A stretch of DNA of 64,000 bases from Eledone cirrhosa. Its lineage: Eukaryota. Shown here piece after piece: positions 15,001 through 30,000 of this stretch; the first letter of the stretch is position 1, and the number at the start of each line of letters is the position of its first letter. The notes beneath the pieces are model-generated. The model made no database searches, was not told where the DNA came from, and saw nothing but the letters and a program-made list of their open reading frames with translations. The position numbers were made by a program, and so were the translations under genes. The DNA is taken from positions 21,328,001 to 21,392,000 of the forward strand of contig OZ024741.1 of the NCBI GenBank assembly GCA_964016885.1, in the 5' to 3' direction.

Positions 15001-18000
15001 TTTTGTTGGTCATGGGAGCCAGTCAGAATGTGAGAAGATGAGATGGAAGGAACTTTGCTTGGTCATGGGAGCCAGTCATAATGTGAGAAGATGAGATGGA
15101 AGGAACTTTGGTTGGTCATGGGAGCCAGTCAGAATGTGAGAAGTTGAGATGGAAGGAACTTTTGTTGGTCATGGGAGCCAGTCACAATGTGAGAAGTTGA
15201 GATGGAAGGAACTTTTGTTGGTCATGGGAGCCAGTCAGAATGTGAGAAGTTGAGATGGAAGGAACTTTTGTTGGTCATGGGAGCCAGTCAGAATGTGAGA
15301 AGTTGAGATGGAAGGAACTTGTGTTGGTCATGGGAGCCAGTCAGAATGTGAGAAGATGAGATGGAAGGAACTTTGGTTGGTCATGGGAGCCAGTCAGAAT
15401 GTGAGAAGATGAGATGGAAGGAACTTTGGTTGGTCATGGGAGCTAGTCAGAATCTGAGAAGATGAGATGGAATGAACTTTGGTTGGTCATGGGAGCTAAT
15501 CAGAATGTGAGAAGATGAGATGGAAGGAACTTTGGTTGGTCATGGGAGCCAGTCAGAATCTGAGAAGATGAGATGGAAGGAACTTGTGTTGGTCATGGGA
15601 GCCAGTCAGAATGTGAGAAGATGAGATGGAAGGAACTTTGGTTGGTCATGGGAGCCAGTCAGAATGTGAGAAGATGAGATGGAAGGAACTTTGGTTGGTC
15701 ATGGGAGCTAGTCAGAATGTGAGAAGATGAGATGGAAGGAACTTTGGTTGGTCATGGGAGCTAATCAGAATGTGAGAAGATGAGATGGAAGGAACTTTTG
15801 TTGGTCATGGGAGCCAGTCAGAATGTGAGAAGATGAGATGGAAGGAACTTTGATTGGTCATGGGAGCCAGTCAGAATGTGAGAAGTTGAGATGGAAGGAA
15901 CTTTTGTTGGTCATGGGAGCCAGTCAGAATGTGAGAAGATGAGATGGAAGGAACTTGTGTTGGTCATGGGAGCCAGTCAGAATGTGAGAAGATGAGATGG
16001 AAGGAACTTTGGTTGGTCATGGGAGCCAGTCAGAATGTGAGAAGTTGAGATGGAAGGAACTTGTGTTGGTCATGGGAGCCAGTCAGAATGTGAGAAGATG
16101 AGATGGAAGGAACTTGTGTTGGTCATGGGAGCCAGTCAGAATGTGAGAAGATGAGATGGAAGGAACTTTTGTTGGTCATGGGAGCCAGTCAGAATGTGAG
16201 AAGATGAGATGGAAGGAACTTTGGTTGGTCATGGGAGCCAGTCAGAATGTGAGAAGTTGAGATGGAAGGAACTTTTGTTTGTCATGGGAGCTAGTCAGAA
16301 AGTGAGAAGATGAGATGTAAAGAACTTTGGTTGGTCATGGGAGCTAATCAGAATGTGAGAAGTTGAGATGGAAGGAACTTTGGTTGGTCATGGGAGCCAG
16401 TCAGAATGTGAGAAGATGAGATGGAAGGAACTTTGGTTGGTCATGGGAGCCAGTCAGAATGTGAGAAGTTGAGATGGAAGGAACTTTGGTTGGTCATGGG
16501 AGCCAGTCAGAATGTGAGAAGTTGAGATGGAAGGAACTTTTGTTGGTCATGGGAGCCAGTCAGAATGTGAGAAGATGAGATGGAAGGAACTTTTGTTGGT
16601 CATGGGAGCCAGTCAGAATGTGAGAAGTTGAGATGGAAGGAACTTGTGTTGGTCGTGGGAGCCAGTCAGAAGGTGAGAAGATGAGATGGAAGGAACTTTT
16701 GTTGGTCATGGGAGCCAGTCAGAATGTGAGAAGATGAGATGGAAGGAACTTTGCTTGGTCATGGGAGCCAGTCATAATGTGAGAAGATGAGATGGAAGGA
16801 ACTTTGGTTGGTCATGGGAGCCAGTCAGAATGTGAGAAGTTGAGATGGAAGGAACTTTTGTTGGTCATGGGAGCCAGTCAGAATGTGAGAAGTTGAGATG
16901 GAAGGAACTTTTGTTGGTCATGGGAGCCAGTCAGAATGTGAGAAGTTGAGATGGAAGGAACTTTTGTTGGTCATGGGAGCCAGTCAGAATGTGAGAAGTT
17001 GAGATGGAAGGAACTTGTGTTGGTCATGGGAGCCAGTCAGAATGTGAGAAGATGAGATGGAAGGAACTTTGGTTGGTCATGGGAGCCAGTCAGAATGTGA
17101 GAAGATGAGATGGAAGGAACTTTGGTTGGTCATGGGAGCTAGTCAGAATCTGAGAAGATGAGATGGAATGAACTTTGGTTGGTCATGGGAGCTAATCAGA
17201 ATGTGAGAAGATGAGATGGAAGGAACTTTGGTTGGTCATGGGAGCCAGTCAGAATCTGAGAAGATGAGATGGAAGGAACTTTGATTGGTCATGGGAGCCA
17301 GTCAAAATGTGAGAAGATGAGATTGAAGGAACTTTGGTTGGTCATGGGAGCCAGTCAGAATGTGAGAAGTTGAGATGGAAGGAACTTTGGTTGGTCATGG
17401 GAGCCAGTCAGAATGTGAGAAGATGAGATAGAAGGAACTTTGGTTGGTCATGGGAGCTAATCAGAATGTGAGAAGTTGAGATGGAAGGAACTTTGGTTGG
17501 TCATGGGAGCTAATCAGAATGTGAGAAGTTGAGATGGAAGGAACTTTGGTTGGTCATGGGAGCTAGTCAGAATCTGAGAAGATGAGATGGAAGGAACTTT
17601 GGTTGGTCATGGGAGCTAATCAGAATGTGAGAAGATGAGATGGAAGGAACTTTGGTTGGTCATGGGAGCTAGTCAGAATGTGAGAAGTTGAGATGGAAGG
17701 AACTTTGGTTGGTCATGGGAGCCAGTCAGAATGTGAGAAGTTCAGATGGAAGGAACTTTGGTTGGTCACGGGAGCTAATCAGAATGTGAGAAGATGAGAT
17801 GGAAGGAACTTTGGTTGGTCATGGGAGCCAGTCAGAATGTGAGAAGTTGAGATGGAAGGAACTTTTGTTGGTCATGGGAGCCAGTCAGAATGTGAGAAGT
17901 TGAGATGGAAGGAAATTGTGTTGGTCATGGGAGCCAGTCAGAAGGTGAGAAGATGAGATGGAAGGAACTTTTGTTGGTCATGGGAGCCAGTCAGAATGTG

Positions 18001-21000
18001 AGAAGATGAGATGGAAGGAACTTTGGTTGGTCATGGGAGCCAGTCAGAATGTGAGAAGATGAGATGGAAGGAACTTTGGTTGGTCATGGGAGCCAGTCAG
18101 AATGTGAGAAGTTGAGATGGAAGGAACTTTTGTTGGTCATGGGAGCCAGTCAGAATGTGAGAAGTTGAGATGGAAGGAACTTTTGTTGGTCATGGGAGCC
18201 AGTCAGAATGTGAGAAGTTGAGATGGAAGGAACTTTGGTTGGTCATGGGAGCCAGTCAGAATGTGAGAAGTTGAGATGGAAGGAACTTTGGTTGGTCATG
18301 CGAGCTAATCAGAATGTGAGAAGTTGAGATGGAAGGAACTTTGGTTGGTCATGGGAGCCAGTCAGAATGTGAGAAGTTGAGATGGAAGGAACTTTGGTTG
18401 GTCATGGGAGCCAGTCAGAAGGTGAGAAGATGAGATGGAAGGAACTTTTGTTGGTCATGGGAGCCAGTCAGAATGTGAGAAGTTGAGATGGAAGGAACTT
18501 TTGTTGGTCATGGGAGCCAGTCAGAATGTGAGAAGTTGAGATGGGAGGAACTTTGGTTGGTCATGCGAGCTAATCAGAATGTGAGAAGTTGAGATGGAAG
18601 GAACTTTGGTTGGTCATGCGAGCTAATCAGAATGTGAGAAGTTGAGATGGAAGGAACTTTTGTTGGTCATGGGAGCCAGTCAGAATGTGAGAAGTTGAGA
18701 TGGAAGGAACTTTGGTTGGTCATGCGAGCTAATCAGAATGTGAGAAGATGAGATGGAAGGAACTTTGGTTGGTCATGGGAGCCAGTCAGAAGGTGAGAAG
18801 ATGAGATGGAAGGAACTTTTGTTGGTCATGGGAGCCAGTCAGAATGTGAGAAGTTGAGATGGAAGGAACTTGTGTTGGTCATGGGAGCCAGTCAGAAGGT
18901 GAGAAGATGAGATGGAAGGAACTTTTGTTGGTCATGGGAGCCAGTCAGAATGTGAGAAGTTGAGATTGGAGGAACTTTGGTTGGTCATGCGAGCTAATCA
19001 GAATGTGAGAAGTTGAGATGGAAGGAACTTTGGTTGGTCATGCGAGCTAATCAGAATGTGAGAAGTTGAGATGGAAGGAACTTTGGTTGGTCATGGGAGC
19101 CAGTCAGAATGTGAGAAGATGAGATGGAATGAACTTTTGTTGGTCATGGGAGCCAGTCAGAATGTGAGAAGATGAGATGGAAGGAACTTTGGTTGGTCAT
19201 GGGAGCCAGTCAGAATGTGAGAAGTTGAGATGGAAGGAACTTTCGTTGGTCATGGGAGCTAGTCAGAAAGTGAGAAGATGAGATGTAAAGAACTTTGGTT
19301 GGTCATGGGAGCTAATCAGAATGTGAGAAGTTGAGATGGAAGGAACTTTGGTTGGTCATGCGAGCTAATCAGAATGTGAGAAGTTGAGATGGAAGGAACT
19401 TTGGTTGGTCATGGGAGCCAGTCAGAATGTGAGAAGATGAGATGGAAGGAACTTTGGTTGGTCATGGGAGCCAGTCAGAATGTGAGAAGTTGAGATGGAA
19501 GGAACTTTGGTTGGTCATGGGAGCCAGTCAGAATGTGAGAAGTTGAGATGGAAGGAACTTTTGTTGGTCATGGGAGCCAGTCAGAATGTGAGAAGATGAG
19601 ATGGAAGGAACTTTTGTTGGTCATGGGAGCCAGTCAGAATGTGAGAAGTTGAGATGGAAGGAACTTGTGTTGGTCATGGGAGCCAGTCAGAAGGTGAGAA
19701 GATGAGATGGAAGGAACTTTTGTTGGTCATGGGAGCCAGTCAGAATGTGAGAAGATGAGATGGAAGGAACTTTGGTTGGTCATGGGAGCCAGTCAGAATG
19801 TGAGAAGATGAGATGGAAGGAACTTTGGTTGGTCATGGGAGCCAGTCAGAATGTGAGAAGTTGAGATGGAAGGAACTTTTGTTGGTCATGGGAGCCAGTC
19901 AGAATGTGAGAAGTTGAGATGGAAGGAACTTTTGTTGGTCATGGGAGCCAGTCAGAATGTGAGAAGTTGAGATGGAAGGAACTTTTGTTGGTCATGGGAG
20001 CCAGTCAGAATGTGAGAAGTTGAGATGGAAGGAACTTGTGTTGGTCATGGGAGCCAGTCAGAATGTGAGAAGATGAGATGGAAGGAACTTTGGTTGGTCA
20101 TGGGAGCTAGTCAGAATCTGAGAAGATGAGATGGAATGAACTTTGGTTGGTCATGGGAGCTAATCAGAATGTGAGAAGATGAGATGGAAGGAACTTTGGT
20201 TGGTCATGGGAGCCAGTCAGAATCTGAGAAGATGAGATGGAAGGAACTTTGATTGGTCATGGGAGCCAGTCAGAATGTGAGAAGATGAGATTGAAGGAAC
20301 TTTGGTTGGTCATGGGAGCCAGTCAGAATGTGAGAAGTTGAGATGGAAGGAACTTTGGTTGGTCATGGGAGCCAGTCAGAATGTGAGAAGATGAGATAGA
20401 AGGAACTTTGGTTGGTCATGGGAGCTAATCAGAATGTGAGAAGTTGAGATGGAAGGAACTTTGGTTGGTCATGGGAGCTAATCAGAATGTGAGAAGTTGA
20501 GATGGAAGGAACTTTGGTTGGTCATGGGAGCTAGTCAGAATCTGAGAAGATGAGATGGAAGGAACTTTGGTTGGTCATGGGAGCTAATCAGAATGTGAGA
20601 AGTTGAGATGGAAGGAACTTTGGTTGGTCATGGGAGCTAGTCAGAATCTGAGAAGATGAGATGGAAGGAACTTTGGTTGGTCATGGGAGCTAATCAGAAT
20701 GTGAGAAGATGAGATGGAAGGAACTTTGGTTGGTCATGGGAGCTAGTCAGATTGTGAGAAGTTGAGATGGAAGGAACTTTGGTTGGTCATGGGAGCCAGT
20801 CAGAATGTGAGAAGTTCAGATGGAAGGAACTTTGGTTGGTCACGGGAGCTAATCAGAATGTGAGAAGATGAGATGGAAGGAACTTTGGTTGGTCATGGGA
20901 GCCAGTCAGAATGTGAGAAGTTGAGATGGAAGGAACTTTTGTTGGTCATGGGAGCCAGTCAGAATGTGAGAAGTTGAGATGGAAGGAAATTGTGTTGGTC

Positions 21001-24000
21001 ATGGGAGCCAGTCAGAAGGTGAGAAGATGAGATGGAAGGAACTTTTGTTGGTCATGGGAGCCAGTCAGAATGTGAGAAGATGAGATGGAAGGAACTTTGG
21101 TTGGTCATGGGAGCCAGTCAGAATGTGAGAAGATGAGATGGAAGGAACTTTGGTTGGTCATGGGAGCCAGTCAGAATGTGAGAAGTTGAGATGGAAGGAA
21201 CTTTTGTTGGTCATGCGAGCCAGTCAGAATGTGAGAAGTTGAGATGGAAGGAACTTTTGTTGGTCATGGGAGCCAGTCAGAATGTGAGAAGTTGAGATGG
21301 AAGGAACTTTTGTTGGTCATGGGAGCCAGTCAGAATGTGAGAAGTTGAGATGGAAGGAACTTGTGTTGGTCATGGGAGCCAGTCAGAATGTGAGAAGATG
21401 AGATGGAAGGAACTTTGGTTGGTCATGGGAGCCAGTCAGAATGTGAGAAGATGAGATGGAAGGAACTTTGGTTGGTCATGGGAGCTAGTCAGAATGTGAG
21501 AAGATGAGATGGAAGGAACTTTGGTTGGTCATGGGAGCTAATCAGAATGTGAGAAGATGAGATGGAAGGAACTTTTGTTGGTCATGGGAGCCAGTCAGAA
21601 TGTGAGAAGATGAGATGGAAGGAACTTTGGTTGGTCATGGGAGCCAGTCAGAATGTGAGAAGTTGAGATGGAAGGAACTTTTGTTGGTCATGGGAGCCAG
21701 TCAGAATGTGAGAAGATGAGATGGAAGGAACTTGTGTTGGTCATGGGAGCCAGTCAGAATGTGAGAAGATGAGATGGAAGGAACTTTGGTTGGTCATGGG
21801 AGCCAGTCAGAATGTGAGAAGTTGAGATGGAAGGAACTTGTGTTGGTCATGGGAGCCAGTCAGAATGTGAGAAGATGAGATGGAAGGAACTTGTGTTGGT
21901 CATGGGAGCCAGTCAGAATGTGAGAAGATGAGATGGAAGGAACTTTTGTTGGTCATGGGAGCCAGTCAGAATGTGAGAAGATGAGATGGAAGCAACTTTG
22001 GTTGGTCATGGGAGCTAATCAGAATGTGAGAAGATGAGATGGAAGGAACTTTGGTTGGTCATGGGAGCTAGTCAGAATGTGAGAAGTTGAGATGGAAGGA
22101 ACTTTGGTTGGTCATGGGAGCTAATCAGAATGTGAGAAGTTGAGATGGAAGGAACTTTGGTTGGTCATGGGAGCCAGTCAGAATGTGAGAAGATGAGATG
22201 GAAGGAACTTTTGTTGGTCATGGGAGCCAGTCAGAATGTGAGAAGATGAGATGGAAGGAACTTTGGTTGGTCATGGGAGCTAGTCAGAATGTGAGAAGTT
22301 GAGATGGAAGGAACTTTGGTTGGTCATGGGAGCCAGTCAGAATGTGAGAAGTTCAGATGGAAGGAACTTTGGTTGGTCACGGGAGCTAATCAGAATGTGA
22401 GAAGATGAGATGGAAGGAACTTTGGTTGGTCATGGGAGCCAGTCAGAATGTGAGAAGTTGAGATGGAAGGAACTTTTGTTGGTCATGGGAGCCAGTCAGA
22501 ATGTGAGAAGTTGAGATGGAAGGAAATTGTGTTGGTCATGGGAGCCAGTCAGAAGGTGAGAAGATGAGATGGAAGGAACTTTTGTTGGTCATGGGAGCCA
22601 GTCAGAATGTGAGAAGATGAGATGGAAGGAACTTTGGTTGGTCATGGGAGCCAGTCAGAATGTGAGAAGATGAGATGGAAGGAACTTTGGTTGGTCATGG
22701 GAGCCAGTCAGAATGTGAGAAGTTGAGATGGAAGGAACTTTTGTTGGTCATGGGAGCCAGTCAGAATGTGAGAAGTTGAGATGGAAGGAACTTTTGTTGG
22801 TCATGGGAGCCAGTCAGAATGTGAGAAGTTGAGATGGAAGGAACTTTTGTTGGTCATGGGAGCCAGTCAGAATGTGAGAAGTTGAGATGGAAGGAACTTG
22901 TGTTGGTCATGGGAGCCAGTCAGAATGTGAGAAGATGAGATGGAAGGAACTTTGGTTGGTCATGGGAGCCAGTCAGAATGTGAGAAGATGAGATGGAAGG
23001 AACTTTGGTTGGTCATGGGAGCTAGTCAGAATGTGAGAAGATGAGATGGAAGGAACTTTGGTTGGTCATGGGAGCTAATCAGAATGTGAGAAGATGAGAT
23101 GGAAGGAACTTTTGTTGGTCATGGGAGCCAGTCAGAATGTGAGAAGATGAGATGGAAGGAACTTTGGTTGGTCATGGGAGCCAGTCAGAATGTGAGAAGT
23201 TGAGATGGAAGGAACTTTTGTTGGTCATGGGAGCCAGTCAGAATGTGAGAAGATGAGATGGAAGGAACTTGTGTTGGTCATGGGAGCCAGTCAGAATGTG
23301 AGAAGATGAGATGGAAGGAACTTTGGTTGGTCATGGGAGCCAGTCAGAATGTGAGAAGTTGAGATGGAAGGAACTTGTGTTGGTCATGGGAGCCAGTCAG
23401 AATGTGAGAAGATGAGATGGAAGGAACTTGTGTTGGTCATGGGAGCCAGTCAGAATGTGAGAAGATGAGATGGAAGGAACTTTTGTTGGTCATGGGAGCC
23501 AGTCAGAATGTGAGAAGATGAGATGGAAGGAACTTTGGTTGGTCATGGGAGCCAGTCAGAATGTGAGAAGTTGAGATGGAAGGAACTTTTGTTGGTCATG
23601 GGAGCTAGTCAGAAAGTGAGAAGATGAGATGTAAAGAACTTTGGTTGGTCATGGGAGCTAATCAGAATGTGAGAAGTTGAGATGGAAGGAACTTTGGTTG
23701 GTCATGCGAGCTAATCAGAATGTGAGAAGTTGAGATGGAAGGAACTTTGGTTGGTCATGGGAGCCAGTCAGAATGTGAGAAGATGAGATGGAAGGAACTT
23801 TGGTTGGTCATGGGAGCCAGTCAGAATGTGAGAAGTTGAGATGGAAGGAACTTTGGTTGGTCATGGGAGCCAGTCAGAATGTGAGAAGTTGAGATGGAAG
23901 GAACTTTTGTTGGTCATGGGAGCCAGTCAGAATGTGAGAAGATGAGATGGAAGGAACTTTTGTTGGTCATGGGAGCCAGTCAGAATGTGAGAAGTTGAGA

Positions 24001-27000
24001 TGGAAGGAACTTGTGTTGGTCATGGGAGCCAGTCAGAAGGTGAGAAGATGAGATGGAAGGAACTTTTGTTGGTCATGGGAGCCAGTCAGAATGTGAGAAG
24101 ATGAGATGGAAGGAACTTTGCTTGGTCATGGGAGCCAGTCATAATGTGAGAAGATGAGATGGAAGGAACTTTGGTTGGTCATGGGAGCCAGTCAGAATGT
24201 GAGAAGTTGAGATGGAAGGAACTTTTGTTGGTCATGGGAGCCAGTCAGAATGTGAGAAGTTGAGATGGAAGGAACTTTTGTTGGTCATGGGAGCCAGTCA
24301 GAATGTGAGAAGTTGAGATGGAAGGAACTTTTGTTGGTCATGGGAGCCAGTCAGAATGTGAGAAGTTGAGATGGAAGGAACTTGTGTTGGTCATGGGAGC
24401 CAGTCAGAATGTGAGAAGATGAGATGGAAGGAACTTTGGTTGGTCATGGGAGCCAGTCAGAATGTGAGAAGATGAGATGGAAGGAACTTTGGTTGGTCAT
24501 GGGAGCTAGTCAGAATCTGAGAAGATGAGATGGAATGAACTTTGGTTGGTCATGGGAGCTAATCAGAATGTGAGAAGATGAGATGGAAGGAACTTTGGTT
24601 GGTCATGGGAGCCAGTCAGAATCTGAGAAGATGAGATGGAAGGAACTTTGATTGGTCATGGGAGCCAGTCAGAATGTGAGAAGATGAGATTGAAGGAACT
24701 TTGGTTGGTCATGGGAGCCAGTCAGAATGTGAGAAGTTGAGATGGAAGGAACTTTGGTTGGTCATGGGAGCCAGTCAGAATGTGAGAAGATGAGATAGAA
24801 GGAACTTTGGTTGGTCATGGGAGCTAATCAGAATGTGAGAAGTTGAGATGGAAGGAACTTTGGTTGGTCATGGGAGCTAATCAGAATGTGAGAAGTTGAG
24901 ATGGAAGGAACTTTGGTTGGTCATGGGAGCTAGTCAGAATCTGAGAAGATGAGATGGAAGGAACTTTGGTTGGTCATGGGAGCTAATCAGAATGTGAGAA
25001 GATGAGATGGAAGGAACTTTGGTTGGTCATGGGAGCTAGTCAGAATGTGAGAAGTTGAGATGGAAGGAACTTTGGTTGGTCATGGGAGCCAGTCAGAATG
25101 TGAGAAGTTCAGATGGAAGGAACTTTGGTTGGTCACGGGAGCTAATCAGAATGTGAGAAGATGAGATGGAAGGAACTTTGGTTGGTCATGGGAGCCAGTC
25201 AGAATGTGAGAAGTTGAGATGGAAGGAACTTTTGTTGGTCATGGGAGCCAGTCAGAATGTGAGAAGTTGAGATGGAAGGAAATTGTGTTGGTCATGGGAG
25301 CCAGTCAGAAGGTGAGAAGATGAGATGGAAGGAACTTTTGTTCGTCATGGGAGCCAGTCAGAATGTGAGAAGATGAGATGGAAGGAACTTTGGTTGGTCA
25401 TGGGAGCCAGTCAGAATGTGAGAAGATGAGATGGAAGGAACTTTGGTTGGTCATGGGAGCCAGTCAGAATGTGAGAAGTTGAGATGGAAGGAACTTTTGT
25501 TGGTCATGGGAGCCAGTCAGAATGTGAGAAGTTGAGATGGAAGGAACTTTTGTTGGTCATGGGAGCCAGTCAGAATGTGAGAAGTTGAGATGGAAGGAAC
25601 TTTTGTTGGTCATGGGAGCCAGTCAGAATGTGAGAAGTTGAGATGGAAGGAACTTGTGTTGGTCATGGGAGCCAGTCAGAATGTGAGAAGATGAGATGGA
25701 AGGAACTTTGGTTGGTCATGGGAGCCAGTCAGAATGTGAGAAGATGAGATGGAAGGAACTTTGGTTGGTCATGGGAGCTAGTCAGAATGTGAGAAGATGA
25801 GATGGAAGGAACTTTGATTGGTCATGGGAGCCAGTCAGAATGTGAGAAGATGAGATGGAAGGAACTTTGGTTGGTCATGGGAGCCAGTCAGAATGTGAGA
25901 AGTTGAGATGGAAGGAACTTTGGTTGGTCATGGGAGCCAGTCAGAATGTGGGAAGATGAGATGGAAGGAACTTTGGTTGGTCATGGGAGCTAATCAGAAT
26001 GTGAGAAGATGAAATGGAAGGAACTTTGGTTGGTCATGGGAGCCAGTCAGAATATGAGAAGTTGAGATGGAAGGAACTTTGGTTGGTCATGGGAGCCAGT
26101 CAGAATGTGAGAAGTTGAGATGGAAGGAACTTTGGTTGGTCATGGGAGCCAGTCAGAATGTGAGAAGATGAGATGGAAGGAACTTTGGTTGGTCATGGGA
26201 GCTAATCAGAATGTGAGAAGTTGAGATGGAAGGAACTTTGGTTGGTCATGGGAGCTAATCAGAACGTGAGAAGTTGAGATGGAAGGAACTTTGGTTGGTC
26301 ATGGGAGCAAGTCAGAATCTGAGAAGTTGAGATGGAAGGAACTTGTGTTGGTCATGGGAGCCAGTCAGAAGGTGAGAAGATGAGATGGAAGGAACTTTTG
26401 TTGGTCATGGGAGCCAGTCAGAATGTGAGAAGATGAGATGGAAGGAACTTTGCTTGGTCATGGGAGCCAGTCATAATGTGAGAAGATGAGATGGAAGGAA
26501 CTTTGGTTGGTCATGGGAGCCAGTCAGAATGTGAGAAGTTGAGATGGAAGGAACTTTTGTTGGTCATGGGAGCCAGTCAGAATGTGAGAAGTTGAGATGG
26601 AAGGAACTTTTGTTGGTCATGGGAGCCAGTCAGAATGTGAGAAGTTGAGATGGAAGGAACTTGTGTTGGTCATGGGAGCCAGTCAGAATGTGAGAAGATG
26701 AGATGGAAGGAACTTTTGTTGGTCATGGGAGCCAGTCAGAATGTGAGAAGATGAGATGGAAGGAACTTTGGTTGGTCATGGGAGCTAGTCAGAATCTGAG
26801 AAGATGAGATGGAATGAACTTTGGTTGGTCATGGGAGCTAATCAGAATGTGAGAAGATGAGATGGAAGGAACTTTGGTTGGTCATGGGAGCCAGTCAGAA
26901 TCTGAGAAGATGAGATGGAAGGAACTTTGATTGGTCATGGGAGCCAGTCAGAATGTGAGAAGATGAGATTGAAGGAACTTTGGTTGGTCATGGGAGCTAA

Positions 27001-30000
27001 TCAGAATGTGAGAAGTTGAGATGGAAGGAACTTTTGTTGGTCATGGGAGCCAGTCAGAATGTGAGAAGTTGAGATGGAAGGAACTTTTGTTGGTCATGGG
27101 AGCCAGTCAGAATGTGAGAAGTTGAGATGGAAGGAACTTGTGTTGGTCATGGGAGCCAGTCAGAATGTGAGAAGATGAGATGGAAGGAACTTTGGTTGGT
27201 CATGGGAGCCAGTCAGAATGTGAGAAGATGAGATGGAAGGAACTTTGGTTGGTCATGGGAGCTAGTCAGAATGTGAGAAGATGAGATGGAAGGAACTTTG
27301 GTTGGTCATGGGAGCTAATCAGAATGTGAGAAGATGAGATGGAAGGAACTTTGGTTGGTCATGGGAGCCAGTCAGAATCTGAGAAGATGAGATGGAAGGA
27401 ACTTTGATTGGTCATGGGAGCCAGTCAGAATGTGAGAAGATGAGATGGAAGGAACTTTGGTTGGTCATGGGAGCCAGTCAGAATGTGAGAAGTTGAGATG
27501 GAAGGAACTTTGGTTGGTCATGGGAGCCAGTCAGAATGTGGGAAGATGAGATGGAAGGAACTTTGGTTGGTCATGGGAGCTAGTCAGAATGTGAGAAGAT
27601 GAGATGGAAGGAACTTTGGTTGGTCATGGGAGCTAATCAGAATGTGAGAAGATGAGATGGAAGGAACTTTGGTTGGTCATGGGAGCCAGTCAGAATCTGA
27701 GAAGATGAGATGGAAGGAACTTTGATTGGTCATGGGAGCCAGTCAGAATGTGAGAAGATGAGATGGAAGGAACTTTGGTTGGTCATGGGAGCCAGTCAGA
27801 ATGTGAGAAGTTGAGATGGAAGGAAATTGTGTTGGTCATGGGAGCCAGTCAGAAGGTGAGAAGATGAGATGGAAGGAACTTTTGTTGGTCATGGGAGCCA
27901 GTCAGAATGTGAGAAGATGAGATGGAAGGAACTTTGGTTGGTCATGGGAGCCAGTCAGAATGTGAGAAGATGAGATGGAAGGAACTTTGGTTGGTCATGG
28001 GAGCCAGTCAGAATGTGAGAAGTTGAGATGGAAGGAACTTTTGTTGGTCATGGGAGCCAGTCAGAATGTGAGAAGTTGAGATGGAAGGAACTTTTGTTGG
28101 TCATGGGAGCCAGTCAGAATGTGAGAAGTTGAGATGGAAGGAACTTTTGTTGGTCATGGGAGCCAGTCAGAATGTGAGAAGTTGAGATGGAAGGAACTTT
28201 TGTTGGTCATGGGAGCCAGTCAGAATGTGAGAAGTTGAGATGGAAGGAACTTGTGTTGGTCATGGGAGCCAGTCAGAATGTGAGAAGATGAGATGGAAGG
28301 AACTTTGGTTGGTCATGGGAGCCAGTCAGAATGTGAGAAGATGAGATGGAAGGAACTTTGGTTGGTCATGGGAGCTAGTCAGAATGTGAGAAGATGAGAT
28401 GGAAGGAACTTTGGTTGGTCATGGGAGCTAATCAGAATGTGAGAAGATGAGATGGAAGGAACTTTTGTTGGTCATGGGAGCCAGTCAGAATGTGAGAAGA
28501 TGAGATGGAAGGAACTTTGGTTGGTCATGGGAGCCAGTCAGAATGTGAGAAGTTGAGATGGAAGGAACTTTTGTTGGTCATGGGAGCCAGTCAGAATGTG
28601 AGAAGATGAGATGGAAGGAACTTGTGTTGGTCATGGGAGCCAGTCAGAATGTGAGAAGATGAGATGGAAGGAACTTTGGTTGGTCATGGGAGCCAGTCAG
28701 AATGTGAGAAGTTGAGATGGAAGGAACTTGTGTTGGTCATGGGAGCCAGTCAGAATGTGAGAAGATGAGATGGAAGGAACTTGTGTTGGTCATGGGAGCC
28801 AGTCAGAATGTGAGAAGATGCGATGGAAGGAACTTTTGTTGGTCATGGGAGCCAGTCAGAATGTGAGAAGATGAGATGGAAGGAACTTTGGTTGGTCATG
28901 GGAGCCAGTCAGAATGTGAGAAGTTGAGATGGAAGGAACTTTTGTTGGTCATGGGAGCTAGTCAGAAAGTGAGAAGATGAGATGTAAAGAACTTTGGTTG
29001 GTCATGGGAGCTAATCAGAATGTGAGAAGTTGAGATGGAAGGAACTTTGGTTGGTCATGCAAGCTAATCAGAATGTGAGAAGTTGAGATGGAAGGAACTT
29101 TGGTTGGTCATGGGAGCCAGTCAGAATGTGAGAAGATGAGAGGGAAGGAACTTTGGTTGGTCATGGGAGCCAGTCAGAATGTGAGAAGTTGAGATGGAAG
29201 GAACTTTGGTTGGTCATGGGAGCCAGTCAGAATGTGAGAAGTTGAGATGGAAGGAACTTTTGTTGGTCATGGGAGCCAGTCAGAATGTGAGAAGATGAGA
29301 TGGAAGGAACTTTTGTTGGTCATGGGAGCCAGTCAGAATGTGAGAAGTTGAGATGGAAGGAACTTGTGTTGGTCATGGGAGCCAGTCAGAAGGTGAGAAG
29401 ATGAGATGGAAGGAACTTTTGTTGGTCATGGGAGCCAGTCAGAATGTGAGAAGATGAGATGGAAGGAACTTTGCTTGGTCATGGGAGCCAGTCATAATGT
29501 GAGAAGATGAGATGGAAGGAACTTTGGTTGGTCATGGGAGCCAGTCAGAATGTGAGAAGTTGAGATGGAAGGAACTTTTGTTGGTCATGGGAGCCAGTCA
29601 GAATGTGAGAAGTTGAGATGGAAGGAACTTTTGTTGGTCATGGGAGCCAGTCAGAATGTGAGAAGTTGAGATGGAAGGAACTTGTGTTGGTCATGGGAGC
29701 CAGTCAGAATGTGAGAAGATGAGATGGAAGGAACTTTTGTTGGTCATGGGAGCCAGTCAGAATGTGAGAAGATGAGATGGAAGGAACTTTGGTTGGTCAT
29801 GGGAGCTAGTCAGAATCTGAGAAGATGAGATGGAATGAACTTTGGTTGGTCATGGGAGCTAATCAGAATGTGAGAAGATGAGATGGAAGGAACTTTGGTT
29901 GGTCATGGGAGCCAGTCAGAATCTGAGAAGATGAGATGGAAGGAACTTTGATTGGTCATGGGAGCCAGTCAGAATGTGAGAAGATGAGATTGAAGGAACT

